A DNA stretch of 57,961 nt, the filler included, from Basidiobolus ranarum (lineage: Eukaryota): NCBI GenBank assembly GCA_040143965.1. It is 7 parts of 7 records of this genome, joined end to end, with 100 filler letters (N's around TTAATTAATTAA, not from the genome) between each part and the next. Parts side by side here need not be neighbours in the genome. Positions count along the whole stretch, not along the records: positions 33,227 to 41,409 come from JASJQH010007879.1; positions 41,510 to 49,688 come from JASJQH010007880.1; 5 more parts are not named here. One strand, 5' to 3'. Positions 35,141 through 47,028 of the stretch are shown one piece after another (positions within the stretch are counted from its first letter, which is position 1; each line of letters begins with the position of its first letter). Below the pieces are notes generated by a model, which saw only the letters and a list, made by a program, of their open reading frames with translations, had not been told where the DNA came from and did not search any database. Both the position numbers and the translations under genes were made by a program.

Positions 35141-38100
35141 ATGCGTCCTTTTCAAAGTCAAATATACAATCGATTTTCGGACACCAAAGCCCTACCCACC
35201 AATTATTCAACTGATTACTCTGCGAATACGAAAAGCCCAATATCTTTCACTTCAAATGGAGCACTTACGGCTATATCTGGTTGTCCAGACCAAGAGCAAG
35301 TGGTAATTGCTGGTCGTGAAGGTTATAACAAAAATATTTGGTAGTATAAAAACCCCACTTTTTTACTGATTAGATTTATCTCGGATAAATAGTATTGAAA
35401 ATCTTAAGTGTAAACGAACACGAAGCTACAGAAGTTTTAAATCTTCGCGCAGGGAGTAAATTGAACTTAAACTTCAGCATCAACGACGTGAAATGGCGTA
35501 CGTAAATCAGTTCCATTCATTTCTACATTTAACACACAAACCAACCAGAAGTATAGTATCAAGGGGGAAGATTGCCACTGCTGCTACTAATGGCGGGATT
35601 GTAATATGGGATCTTAATAGGACTGGACAGAAAATTGGTAAAGAACTTACGGGTTCAACGTCTTTACTTTCTTACAAGAAACTATATTGATTATACCTTC
35701 AACCCCTCAGAGCGAGTAATATCTGAGCATTCTAGAGCGGTCAATCGTATCTCATGTGAGAGTAGTTCTGGATTCACTTTGATTAGTGCTTCACAAGATT
35801 CTACCATGAAACTCTGGGTAAGTGTTTTCTTGAGTTTGGCTGATAGCTTGTATCGTTGTTGTTCATCGGTATTTCTTACGCAGGATTTAAGAGACAAATC
35901 TTCATCGAAATTTTCGTTTCATGGAAAATCCGAAAGTGTTCGCGATGTACAATTTAATCCATTAAACTCTAACGAATTCATGGCAGCATTTGAAAATGGA
36001 ACTATTCAAGTACTTATCAACAAGTTGACCTTCTATGTCATTATTCACGTATTCACCCAACACTTCTTATTGCACGCATTACGTAGAAATGGGACATACG
36101 AAATCCTTCCATATTTGAAAAAAAAATCAGCGCTCATTACGGTATTGCATTGTCCATCGATTGGCATTCAGATGGAAGATTTGTAGCAAGTGGAGGAAGA
36201 GACAAGATGATCAAGGTAGATATTGACTTTTAAGTGGATTACCGATCGTTTATTGATAGCTGTGACACATTACAAAAGATTTGGGATATGAAGTCCGATG
36301 GTCGCAAGCCTCAAGCGTATGTGCAAACCATAGCCAGCGTGGCCCGAGTACAATGGCGTCCAGGGCATGAATACCAGGTAGCATCATGTTCTCTTAACAC
36401 CGATAATCGAATTGTAGTCCAGGACATCCGTCGACCCTTTATCCCAAAGTTTTTCTTGGATGATCATGAGAACGTAACCACTGGTGATTATGCACAACTT
36501 TTACCTATATCTTGAGTGGTGTTTAATTCACCCTGTTCTTTATAGGGTTTTTGTGGCGTGGTTCAGATGTTATCTGGTCGTGTTCCAAGGATCGAAATTT
36601 CGTTCGTCACGATGTCCGAAATGCTGTACAGCCATTGGATTTATTAAGTACCTCTAGTTTAGGCTGGAATGCTTACGGCGACGTAGCCTTTACTACCGAA
36701 GATAAAAGTGTTTCTGATGATGCGTAAGATTACTTTGTTTAGGCGTAATTGCGTGTGATTTTCTTTGAATATACATAATAATGGGATACTTAGCTTTCGA
36801 CATGTGTTGGGAACTTCTCCGCTCAAAAAAGCTTCAAGAAGAGGATCGGAGATGAATGACCAGGTATATTTTATGTTAAAAGCATAAGTCTGTTGTTCAC
36901 TTCGCTAATTCCCAAATCCTTCAGCTCACTCAATATCAGAACACTGGGATTATTCATCTTCCTACATTCGACTATGAGAGCTTCATATTTATGGCTGAAA
37001 ACTACGATATAACATCAGATAATCTTTGGGAAGCCTGCGAGCATAATGCCAAGGTGCCACTTTAATTATGTTGTGTTAAACTTACTTACACTAAAAATAT
37101 CCCACCATTAGATCGCTCAGATCACTCAGCAACACCGTACTGCTCAAACCTGGAAGGTTATTCAACTACTATATGCAACCTCATCTAAACCAGGAGCCGA
37201 ACAAAGCCCAAAAGAAGTCATCGACCCTCCTGCCAACGGAATCCTCGGCGAGAAGCAAGTCTTCTCTCCTGCAACTTCTCCACTTGGTAGATTCCTCTCG
37301 ATACCATATCCAAAAAATGATCGTCTTTTTCATCATTTACTCTATCATTTTAGATCAAAAAGGCGCCAACATCAAAATACAGATATTACCCGCTGTTACT
37401 ATTAACGAATTAACCGAAGAATCTCAATGGATAGAGGTCCTTATCAATACCATTTACTTGGCCACTACATGTCCATTACTACTCCCACTAATATTAGACT
37501 CCTCACCTAGAACTCAGATCTTTACGAGACATTAGAAAGTGACTCTGACAGTGAAAGCGACGACAGTGACTCTCCTCTCACAAAGCCTTTCAAGAGTGAA
37601 ACAAGAACCAACTCCGAGACTATTGTAAATACATTTGCGCTCACCGAAGAGCCAAACCTTGGGTGGAAGCAAGATGAGATTTTTACTAACCTAATGGAGT
37701 ACTACGCTGAAAAGGTAACATCTTGCTAACTTCCAGGTTAATCTACATTTCTAAGGATGTCTATTATTAGGGGGATGTTCAAATGTGCGTGACATTACTC
37801 CTCGTTTTGGATAAGCATATCAAGCATCAGTTTAGTCTAGAAGAGCAATGGTATTGGTCTTACGTTGGTATGTAGAATTCATGTCTTCTAACAAGGTTCC
37901 CAGCTAACTAATACTATTCATATAGATCTATTACATCGATTTAAGCTGTGGTCAACAGCCGCTGCTATTATATCGGCATGTAAAATTGCGTCAGTTCGAC
38001 AACAAAGCCAGGTATTCTATTATTTCATTGAGCTTGCATTGGACTCTCAGTTAATTTATGTCTTTAGGAATCAACTACGATACACACGAGTTGTAACCAT

Positions 38101-38414
38101 TGTTTCAAACCTTTACTTAATTCTAAATATGGATACTGGGTCTGTGATAAGTGTAGAAAGCTTTTGAACCCCTGCTCTATATGGTGTGTATTATCATATC
38201 TACTAGTCTAATGTATGCAACTAATTCTTTTCATTTTAGTCATCAAACTGTCAAAGGACTATATGTGTGGTGTCAAGGATGCAGTCATGGCGGTCACTTA
38301 TTGCATATGCAAGAATGGTTCCGCGACAACTCCACCTGCCCAACTGGTTGTGGTCACCAATGTTCATTTACGACTGTTAATTCACCTTCAACACTTCCTT
38401 TAGCTACTCAATAA
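35141..38414 (+). CDS. RTC1: WDR24/Sea2/Rtc1 (GATOR2/SEACAT subunit), about 15 exons
   Basis: WD40 repeats ([43 protein letters not shown]), CEHNA, YYAEKGDVQMC, and a C-terminal [31 protein letters not shown]. Confidence 0.9.
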
Positions 38415-38750
38415 TATACCTTATTAAAGGATCTCTTTATTTTCCAATGAATTAATCTTAAACAATAGCCATTATACTCTACGTATTGGGGTACGGGGTT
38501 AAACGTGAAGGTTTTATTAAATCACATTGCTCAGATCTCAACCTAACCACCCCAAAAGCTGTATGGAGGGGAGAGGGATGATCTGAGCTTAATATGGCCC
38601 CAACCTCGAATTCTTTCCCCACCACTATCAACGTTGTGGTAGGATACTGATTACAAAGTAAAATAATGATTGGGCTTGAACAAAGCTTAGTGCTTCCGAT
38701 AATTCTAGGTCTTGCTTAGCTTTTCTCTCGACTTGTGCTTAAATTTCAAC

Positions 38751-39151
38751 ATGAATTCCGTCATTGGTACTGTTGCTCGTAGAGCTTATTCCACAAGATC
38801 CTATATTCCTCCCAATCTTGGTGCTGCCGTCAAGTCTGCCACCCCTAAGGCTGAATCCAGCGGTGGTGACTTGAGCGGTTTGGTCGATTTCTACAAGAGA
38901 ATCCCCAAGGGAGCTGCTGAGGCTACCAAGCCCAGTGGTTTACTTGCTCGTTATCGTGCCAAATATTGGGAAGGAGAGAATGCTTCTTTCACTCCTTTCA
39001 TTCACGCCATGCTCCTTGTTGGCGCTATTCATATCGGACTTCACTACAGTAAGTTATCCTTTAAGTTAACTTTCAGATTTTCATTTAACTAACCATTTGG
39101 TATTTATCAGAGCACCACCAAGACACCCATGCCGATGGTGAACACCACTAA
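38751..39151 (+). CDS. ATP17: Mitochondrial ATP synthase subunit f; intron 39049-39110
   Basis: YIPPNL..LVDFYKRIPKG..RYRAKYWEGENASFTPFIH, a TM segment and a His-rich tail. Confidence 0.85.
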
Positions 39152-39370
39152 ACATTATCTACTCATCATAACTTTGAAATGCTCTTTAATCGAGTATTTT
39201 ATCAAATCGCATCTTTTACAATACTTTAACTGAGTTAATAAACAGAAGTTCCCGCATAATATTGACGCATCCATTTGAATGGTGAGAGCTCTAATAGTGT
39301 ATGTATTTCTTGAGCATATAATTTGAAATAGTTGTGTACCAGATAAGCGTCGTAGTGCAAGTAAAGAGAT

Positions 39371-40476
39371 TTATGAATGGGAATTATATGCATTGATCCT
39401 AGACTTGTGATATTCAGAGAAGGACTTTCGCATTTTCTTGAGGAATTTATAAAAGTCTCCGCTCTGATTCACCCATTTGACAATCTGGTCTAAATCTCTC
39501 AGACGTGGAAAGCATTCTGTAACTGATTGAAAGGTCAAATATGAATCTTCATCTGAAACAAGTCAAGATAGAGAGGATATTAACCTTTATACTGGCCCTG
39601 ACTAACATCCACTGTGAACGCATGCTCTCGGTGTGGCTTATCCTCCCGAATCTGGGTAAAGATGAATGTAATCTTGTCCTCTAAGGGTGTACGAGTAAAC
39701 AATCAATACAGTACAAAAGATTCTGTAGACTCTTCATTTACCTTGTGCTCCATATATTCTCATACACGTACAGTCTTCATAAATGTTCAATTTCAATTGG
39801 TTCTTCCTTCGCTGCGACCGTAGAGCCTGCAATGACTCGGCTCTTTCTAAAAGCACGACATGTGTATGAGTCAGCCATCTTCATGCTTACTTATGGCTAT
39901 TATAAAAGTACCTTCTTTCTTTCGAGTGATAGCATCTCGCTTTAGCTCGATTTGAAGTTGGAGTTCTTCTATAGCACTTGTAATCTCATCTTGGCCTTTC
40001 TTTAATTTGGATATTTCGCTTTTTAGTTGTGTGATATCTCTTTTTTCCTTAACTTTCTCTTTCAAGCATTGAGTGAGTTGAAAATGAAAAGAGAGATGCT
40101 TGAAAACTTCCAAAGAGAATAAAAACTAACTTTCTGTGGATTTTTTATCGTTATTTTCCAAGTGCTTTAATTCTTTGTCGAGTCTTCTATTAGTTTCTAT
40201 TTCAATAACGAATTGAATTTAGACATATGTAAGATATAAAGTAAAGGAGAAAGTTACCATACCTTCAACTTCATCCACCTCTTTCTCCCAGTTTTTCCGA
40301 GTTTCCGATATTTTTTCTATTTCTCGTTCAGCCAACAAATCGAGTTGTTGAATAAAGCCAGTGATGGAATCATATAGTTCGTTAAGGGGAAGAATATTAT
40401 TCGATGTATTAAGAGTTTCGGAAGAGTTAAGTGAGATGGAGGAAATGTCCTCGTTTCCTTTAGAATTGACTGACAT
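39371..40476 (-). CDS. SPC25: Kinetochore NDC80-complex subunit Spc25-like, multi-exon
   Basis: Long coiled coil, then an RWD-like domain DKITFIFTQI..REHAFTVDV..YK|VTECFPRL..VKWVNQSGDFYKFLKKMRKSF. Confidence 0.75.
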
Positions 40477-41812
40477 TTAAAAAGGTGTCTATTATGTATT
40501 TGGAATTTTCCCAAAGACTGAATTATGTATCGTTCACGTTCTGGTTAATCAATATTAGCTAATATTCGACTGAAACACAATTGAGTTTAATATTAACTCA
40601 TTGCTAATGATTCGAGTGGTGAAATTTCTGGGAGTGGGATATCTCTAATCATTCGTGTATAACGTAGCCCTAGCCCTATCCCTATCCCTAATCCCAATAT
40701 CTCAACAAGTGGCGAATGAGGATAATTGCGAGCAAGTTGTGTTGCAACTCCCACCAAAACTAACCTTGTTCAATACCAGTGTTGTAGTCTTTGTTTAAGA
40801 GAGAACGGGTTTAACATTCCTCACAAGCATGTGAACGCAAAGATGAGTATAACAATCTACATATATTTATTTACTATTGGAATGGATGAGATATAGGTGT
40901 TTAATTATCATGGGAATGGAGAATAACCATATTTAACTACTACTAAGCCACACCATATGTGATATGAACCATGTAACATTCCTCCGCTGCTTGACTTCTC
41001 CATTTCTGATCCCCCTGAACTTAAGCAACAAAGAATAGATTATATTTGTCCTCGAGCTCGAATCTGTGAGGTTAGTATCATAACCATCACTATAACCATA
41101 ACCATAGTCATAGCCATAATCCTAACTACAACCCCACCATTGCACAAGTTTGGATGTACTCTAAAGTAGACGCCACACAAACCATAATCTCTAAATGGTT
41201 TTATCCTTTGTAGTCAATCCACTGATATGTAACACAATGCGATGAAGAACTTGTGTTCCCGATCAAAGGATGTAGCTCAACCAAACACACCCCCCCCCAC
41301 CCCAAAGCAGTTCATGGCCCCCCCAAGCCCAAAATGGGGGTTGCGAATGTGTTTTATTACTAAAAATTTGGTTGCCGGGGTTTGGGGGTTGGCCCGTGTT
41401 GTGGGGAAANNNNNNNNNNNNNNNNNNNNNNNNNNNNNNNNNNNNNNNNNNNNTTAATTAATTAANNNNNNNNNNNNNNNNNNNNNNNNNNNNNNNNNNN
41501 NNNNNNNNNGATAAATTGCCTATCCCAGAAATTACTAGTAAACCCGTGAATCAACATAACAATCGATTTCACTACAGTTATAACTACTGATGTGCACTAG
41601 AGCGTGTAAAGCGTGGAAGGTGTGTAGAGCCTGCAAAGCACAAAACGAAGAACTCTGAGAGAAAATAGTTTTTCCAGCTCAGTGAAGCTGCGTAAAGGAG
41701 TGTAGGAACCAAACAAAATCGTCAAACTCGGAAATATACTAAATTAGCGCGGAAATCCAAATATTGGGAACTATTATGGTAAGCAAATATTCGTAATCAA
41801 AAGAAGTTTGTA

Positions 41813-41848
41813 AGTGATTCCAATAATGGCAGTGATTCCAATAATGGC
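41813..41848. repeat. 18-bp perfect tandem duplication
   Basis: AGTGATTCCAATAATGGC x2. Confidence 0.9.
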
Positions 41849-42364
41849 ATAACGCTATCTATGCCACACTCTGAACAAGCCGAGGTGGTGGAACCATATG
41901 CGTATGTTTTGCATTACAATGGATACAATTTCCATATTGTCTAACCAATACAATTGAGTAATCTTACCCTGTATGAATTGAACATGTGGTCGATACAGAA
42001 CAACCTACACCGAGCCCTGTAAAGAAATCCTTTTCCATTGGCTGCACCAGTCAGAATGCAAGAACATGATAGAAAACTCTTTTGGAACGAAAGGATGGCC
42101 GAAGAGTTATCTCTGAATTGGGAAAGAATGTTTGATTTTCATTTATCCGCCCATCATTGATCCAGCCAGATAGATCTTAAAAAATCTGCGATTTATCTGG
42201 TACTTTTCGATTCATCTGGAAAGACTCATCGCGCTGTGACCATCCCAAAAGAGAGTACGTTTTTAAGTGGCTTCATTGCGAAAAACAATATATGAATACG
42301 TACTTTAGTGTTCGGGTATATAATCGTGATGTTATCTTTACTTTTTTACTATTCCGTACTCATA

Positions 42365-43162
42365 ATGAAGTTCACTATTGCTTTTGCAGCAATTGCTGCT
42401 CTGTTTCCTCTACACGTTCGGGCTATTTCCGTTTATAATTGGCCTATCTTATCGCCCATTCGTGTGCCGTTCACCAGTTTCGAAAGCAATGTTGAGGTCA
42501 CAGAGGGCTTTGCTCCTGACAAAACCTACTGGTGTACAAATGGATTCAACCGTGGCTACATGGGTATTCAAACCGGCTCGCCTACTAACCGTCGCATTTT
42601 GTTCTCATTGTGGGACAAGGATGCTGAGAATCGTGCCAAGATTATTAAAATTGGGGAAAATGTACAGTTTAGTGGCTTTGGTCACGAGGGTACAGGACGC
42701 CACGCTTGGTTCCCATACAACTGGAAAACTGGAGAGACACTACGTCTAAGAGTGGACGCTGAATTCAGCGGTAATGATACTATCTACTCGGGTTATTTCT
42801 GGCTGGACAATAAGTGGTACCTGATTGCTAAAATACTTGGCCCTAATTATGGTAATGATGGATTAGGTTATCACTACCAATTCTTAGAAAACTACGGTGG
42901 AAATACCTCCGAAACTCGTCGCGGTGTCTATAGTGGGCAATGTTATCGCCAATTGGGTAACGATCTGTGCTTCCCTGCCCTTGGTACCACCTTTACACAT
43001 ACATGGCCCAATGATACCAGCTACGGTGCTGGTTTGAATACTGACCACAACGGTGTATACTTGGCAATTGACGGTAAAGGCACTGATGAAAACCATAACA
43101 CTCCTACTTCCTACACAAAGTTCTATTATGATATTCCCAACCTTATTTGGCAGAAAAACTAA
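42365..43162 (+). CDS. Secreted DUF3472-like protein, intronless, bacterial-like
   Basis: Signal peptide MKFTIAFAAIAALFPLHVRA; motifs GFNRGYMGIQ..RRILFSLWD, FGHEGTG..YNWKTG and FLENYGG..RRGVYSGQ match my recollection of DUF3472 proteins. Confidence 0.72.
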   Translation: MKFTIAFAAIAALFPLHVRAISVYNWPILSPIRVPFTSFESNVEVTEGFAPDKTYWCTNGFNRGYMGIQTGSPTNRRILFSLWDKDAENRAKIIKIGENVQFSGFGHEGTGRHAWFPYNWKTGETLRLRVDAEFSGNDTIYSGYFWLDNKWYLIAKILGPNYGNDGLGYHYQFLENYGGNTSETRRGVYSGQCYRQLGNDLCFPALGTTFTHTWPNDTSYGAGLNTDHNGVYLAIDGKGTDENHNTPTSYTKFYYDIPNLIWQKN

Positions 43163-43683
43163 CTCGGATTTCGTGAATATAACTCACACGTAGCTCAATT
43201 ATGCTCCCTCTTATCATTGCAATTAATAAAGCACTTTCTATGACTAGTTATTTAGTGTTATGGTTTCTAAGACTGATTATCTAGTGTTCACATAATAATT
43301 ATTGGCGGTTATATTTTGATTAGATTGCTTTTCCTCAAACGTAATGTTGAGTTCGTTTGGTTCGGGTGCTTTTGAAGCTATTTGTAGTAGGTTATTAGAT
43401 ATCAACTTCCACCTACTCATCTCATTCTAGTCTGACCATTTGGAAATTTCTCTTTCGTTGACAATGACTTGTCCAATGATTCGATAACGTTGAAAATTTA
43501 CTTTAGAACCACACACATAGATTAGTAGTTCTCTTGTTTATTAATAATGTGGTTTTCTATTCACTGTATTTTGAGAAATATATATATTAGACTTTAATTT
43601 CTTTATTCGTGGCATATTTGTAACAACTGGTATTCACGTTGGATATTGGACTTCTAAACTTAGTAAACGCATCCGTTAGTAAT

Positions 43684-43751
43684 TGAGGAATACTCCTTTC
43701 AAATACTGAGGAATACTCCTTTCAAATATTGAGGAATACTCCTTTCGAATA
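43684..43751. repeat. 23-bp tandem repeat x3
   Basis: TGAGGAATACTCCTTTC(A/G)AATA(C/T), head to tail with no spacers. Confidence 0.9.
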
Positions 43752-43900
43752 GTGCTAATTTGTCAGATGTATAAAGCCGTAACCTTTTCATTGGTTGGGC
43801 AATCTTAAGATTCCAATAAACCTGCTGCCATTGGTTAATTTTTTCAAAAATTGCTAGTAATGATAATTTACTCAGGTGGCAACCGATATATCTTTGTTCT

Positions 43901-44219
43901 TGTTAAAGTATTTTGGGAGCCTGTTGGAAGCGGTTTTTCGAATTAGAGAAGTTAGTGGTTTTTACTTTTTGAGTATTCAGTTGAAAGTTGGCATTTACAG
44001 TTTTGTCAAGATGTAAACAAACTAACGTGTAGAATGTGTTAAGGAAGGTCCCAGGCACATGTGTACAAAGTTTGGGGCTTCTTTGAAAAATCTATATGTC
44101 TGAGAATTTCTAAGTATATTCCAATTGAGAATAATGGGTAATATCTTGGTTCAATATAAGATAACTAAATACTAAACTATATATGACTATATAGGTGTTT
44201 AGGCATGCTAATTTCAACA
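43901..44219 (-). repeat. LTR family B copy (solo-like, no TSD seen)
   Basis: Minus strand TGTTGAAATTAGCATGCCTAAAC...GGCTCCCAAAATACTTTAACA; colinear with 44719-45038 and 57337-57679. Confidence 0.85.
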
Positions 44220-44675
44220 ACCTGTATTCCGCAGTGATATCAAATCTACCTTGGGCTTACTCATTTCCAAACAATAACATTGCCTTGAACCACTTTTGGC
44301 CTTCTATAATACATCAGATGATTTTTCACAATGCTTGAGCATGGACCTTTTTAACACAATGAGCTATGAGGACAGTTCCTCCTATACATTGATAAGGCTT
44401 TTATTTGCTCATAAAGCATATTTACTTGAGGGCTCTCACTGTATGCAAAGTACATTAATGCTTAGGAGCGTGTAAGTTGGGACATGTAAGAACTGGTACA
44501 GTATTATCAAACCTAAGAAAAAAAGTGAGATTTTGAATGTATACCTGTGGAGACTGTTGTGTGCCAACATTTCCACATACACAGGTGTGACTGCAAAGAG
44601 CAGTGAGTTTGTTATACAACATGTTAAAGCTCATTAATATATCCTACCATTAAGCAACACGTATGTTAGTACATT

Positions 44676-45204
44676 CTTTAGAAGTTAACATTATCAAAGC
44701 ACCTACATAGTCATATATTGTGAAAGTAATTGAGAGCCGGTTGGAAGTGGTTTGGAGATATTGAGAAGTAGGTGGCTTTCACTAATTGATTTATTGAGTT
44801 GAAAGTTGGCATTTATAGTTTTGTCCAGATGTAAACAGACCAACATGTATAATGCGTTAAGGAAGGTCCCAGGCACATGTGTGAAAAGTTTGGGGCTTCT
44901 TTGAAAAATCTACATATCTGAGAACTTCTAGATAAATTCCAATTGAGAATAAGGGGTAATATCTTAGTTCAATATAAGATACCTAAATACTAAGCTATAT
45001 ATGACTATATAGATGTTTGGGCAATGCTAATTTTAACATATATAGCTTAGTATTTTGCTAGCACCTTCCTTACTATATTATACACATTTATTTGTTTATC
45101 TCTTGGTAAAACTACAAATGTCAACTTTCAACTCAATAAGCGAGAACCACCCATATCTCTAGTTCTCCAAACCACTTGCAACAGGCTCCCAAAATATTTT
45201 AACA
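44676..45204 (+). repeat. Older, internally deleted LTR B copy interrupted by the solo LTR at 44719-45038
   Basis: Removing the insert restores CACCTACATAGTCATATATAGCTTAGTATT, the LTR B 5' part; the copy ends CAACAGGCTCCCAAAATATTTTAACA. Confidence 0.75.
44719..45038 (-). repeat. Solo LTR, family B, with a 5-bp TATAT target-site duplication
   Basis: TG..CA termini; TATAT at 44714-44718 and at 45039-45043. Confidence 0.85.
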
Positions 45205-45840
45205 TATTCATCTGCAATAGTTGCCATATGGATAGGTTACAATGTTTCCTAACCCCTTCTACTACTTGACCGTAATTTTGCTTCTCCTATTTCAGTGAAA
45301 TGTATGCTGAGTTAATATCCAAGTCATAGTAGTTGTTAGCTCTACCCTGTAGTACTCTGTTGTTTGTTGAGTTTAACTGGATTTCTTGAGAGTAAATGCT
45401 CTACTTTGTTGATTTTTTGAGACTTTGATGGAGAATAATGTACATGCACTGAGGTTTTCCATACTATACTGTTGGGGTAATTATGTGGACACTTATAATC
45501 CCCTTATGGCTGCCACAATACAAGGATATTTTTTTAGTCCCCAAACTACACTTATTTTAACCATGATCATCACCATTGCCATTGATATCTTTTGAAGAGT
45601 TGCCACTGTGCTGTCTTCACTCATTTGAGCATCATAAGCATCCTCTCTATTTTGTGATGACTACCAGTGCCACTATTTAAGTTGCTTGTGCGTCAGTTTC
45701 ATTTCATCATGTGAATAGTCTTGCCGCTGAAGGGACTTATGCATTAGGTTTGTGATGGATCGCTTATTTTAAACTCCAGATGTTTCCAGTTTTGTAGCTC
45801 AAAGACGACCAGATAAGGGAGAGCAAAACGGCCTTACAGA

Positions 45841-46260
45841 TCACTGTGAGTAATGGTCGAGACAAATTAACATATCGGTACTTAGTACCTGAACCATTGC
45901 ATGGGTAACTTTGATCATTTCTACAGTTTTCATTTTGTTTGCTTTGTAGCTGGTTCTGGAAGCAGAAGAATGATTTTCAGTTGAAAATGAAGTAATACTG
46001 GAATTAAGAGTCTCCATGAAAGCAGCAACCATATCGTCAGCTATTTCTGATTGTGGTGAGGCATACATGTTAATCTGCACTTGAATAACTGTGACAGCTT
46101 GCATCCAAGCATCAAATAAGTTTATTGAACTGTCACTCCTCAACGTATTGCAACTACTGGGGATAACCCCTGTATCAAGATCAAAGAAATTTATCCAGTT
46201 TGAGAAAATGATGTGGATATTGAATATCACTTCACGAAGATCACTCCAGCTCTCAAACAA
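45841..46260 (-). pseudogene. Possible decayed coding remnant, unidentified
   Basis: 139-codon ORF without an ATG start, in CpG-poor DNA beside the LTR cluster. Confidence 0.25.
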
Positions 46261-46400
46261 GGCTCATTATATAAGTAAGAACATCCTGTTGTGAAAAGTT
46301 TGTTGAAGTAATTAAGTTAGAAAAAAGGAAATTTTTAGAGTGTTGAAGTTATGCTAGAGGCCATTAAAATCCTAAGTCAGTTCACCTATTTTTATAGATT

Positions 46401-46450
46401 TACCAAAATATAATGTCTGAGCTTATACCAAAATATAATGTCTGAGCTTA
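46401..46450. repeat. 25-bp perfect tandem duplication
   Basis: TACCAAAATATAATGTCTGAGCTTA x2. Confidence 0.9.
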
Positions 46451-47028
46451 TATATAGTTTCGAATGCTCATATGTACCTGAATCAACTATACACAAAATA
46501 CATATCCAGTACCAACACTGTTACCAATTGTAGCCTCATGCAGTTTCTGTTAGTTGAAATTCATTACTCTCGTACATCTCATTGCATATGCCCACTTCAT
46601 TCAATCTTTGATTTGTGCCACAAAATTGATTTAAACCTACAAAAAGAGAAATATACTGATTCACCTTCACACACGGCTACACCAAGCTTTTAGCTAGCAA
46701 ATCTAAATATGCTAGTAATGTCTTGTATTCAACTATTAAATAGAATTTACCAACTATTAATCTTACACTATAACTGTCACTCAACAAATCAGCAAAGAGG
46801 TACCGATTTTGGGCTCGGTTTTACTACATGAAGAGTTTACGCAATAATAATCATAGGCACTGTCCATTGCATATGTGGTATTTATTTATGACGACTCTAT
46901 CCATACAAAGAGATAAAGGCTTGATTAAATGGGAATTATTAATCAGAACGCAAAAGAAATAACCGACAGAAGAATATTGAGCAAGGAATAATGAAATTTG
47001 TCAAAAGTATCAAATTAGACTACGGTCT

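Noticed and set aside
41242-41409. 71-aa Pro-rich ORF and C/G runs at the contig end
   Set aside because: Looks like low-quality read-end sequence with homopolymer inflation; the same applies to 33227-33246.
43684-43751. CRISPR-like array
   Set aside because: The repeats are head to tail with no spacers, there are no cas genes, and the context is eukaryotic.
43901-45038. TRIM/mini-retrotransposon formed by two direct LTR B copies 500 bp apart
   Set aside because: No PBS or PPT between them, and the right copy has its own TATAT TSD, so they are independent insertions.
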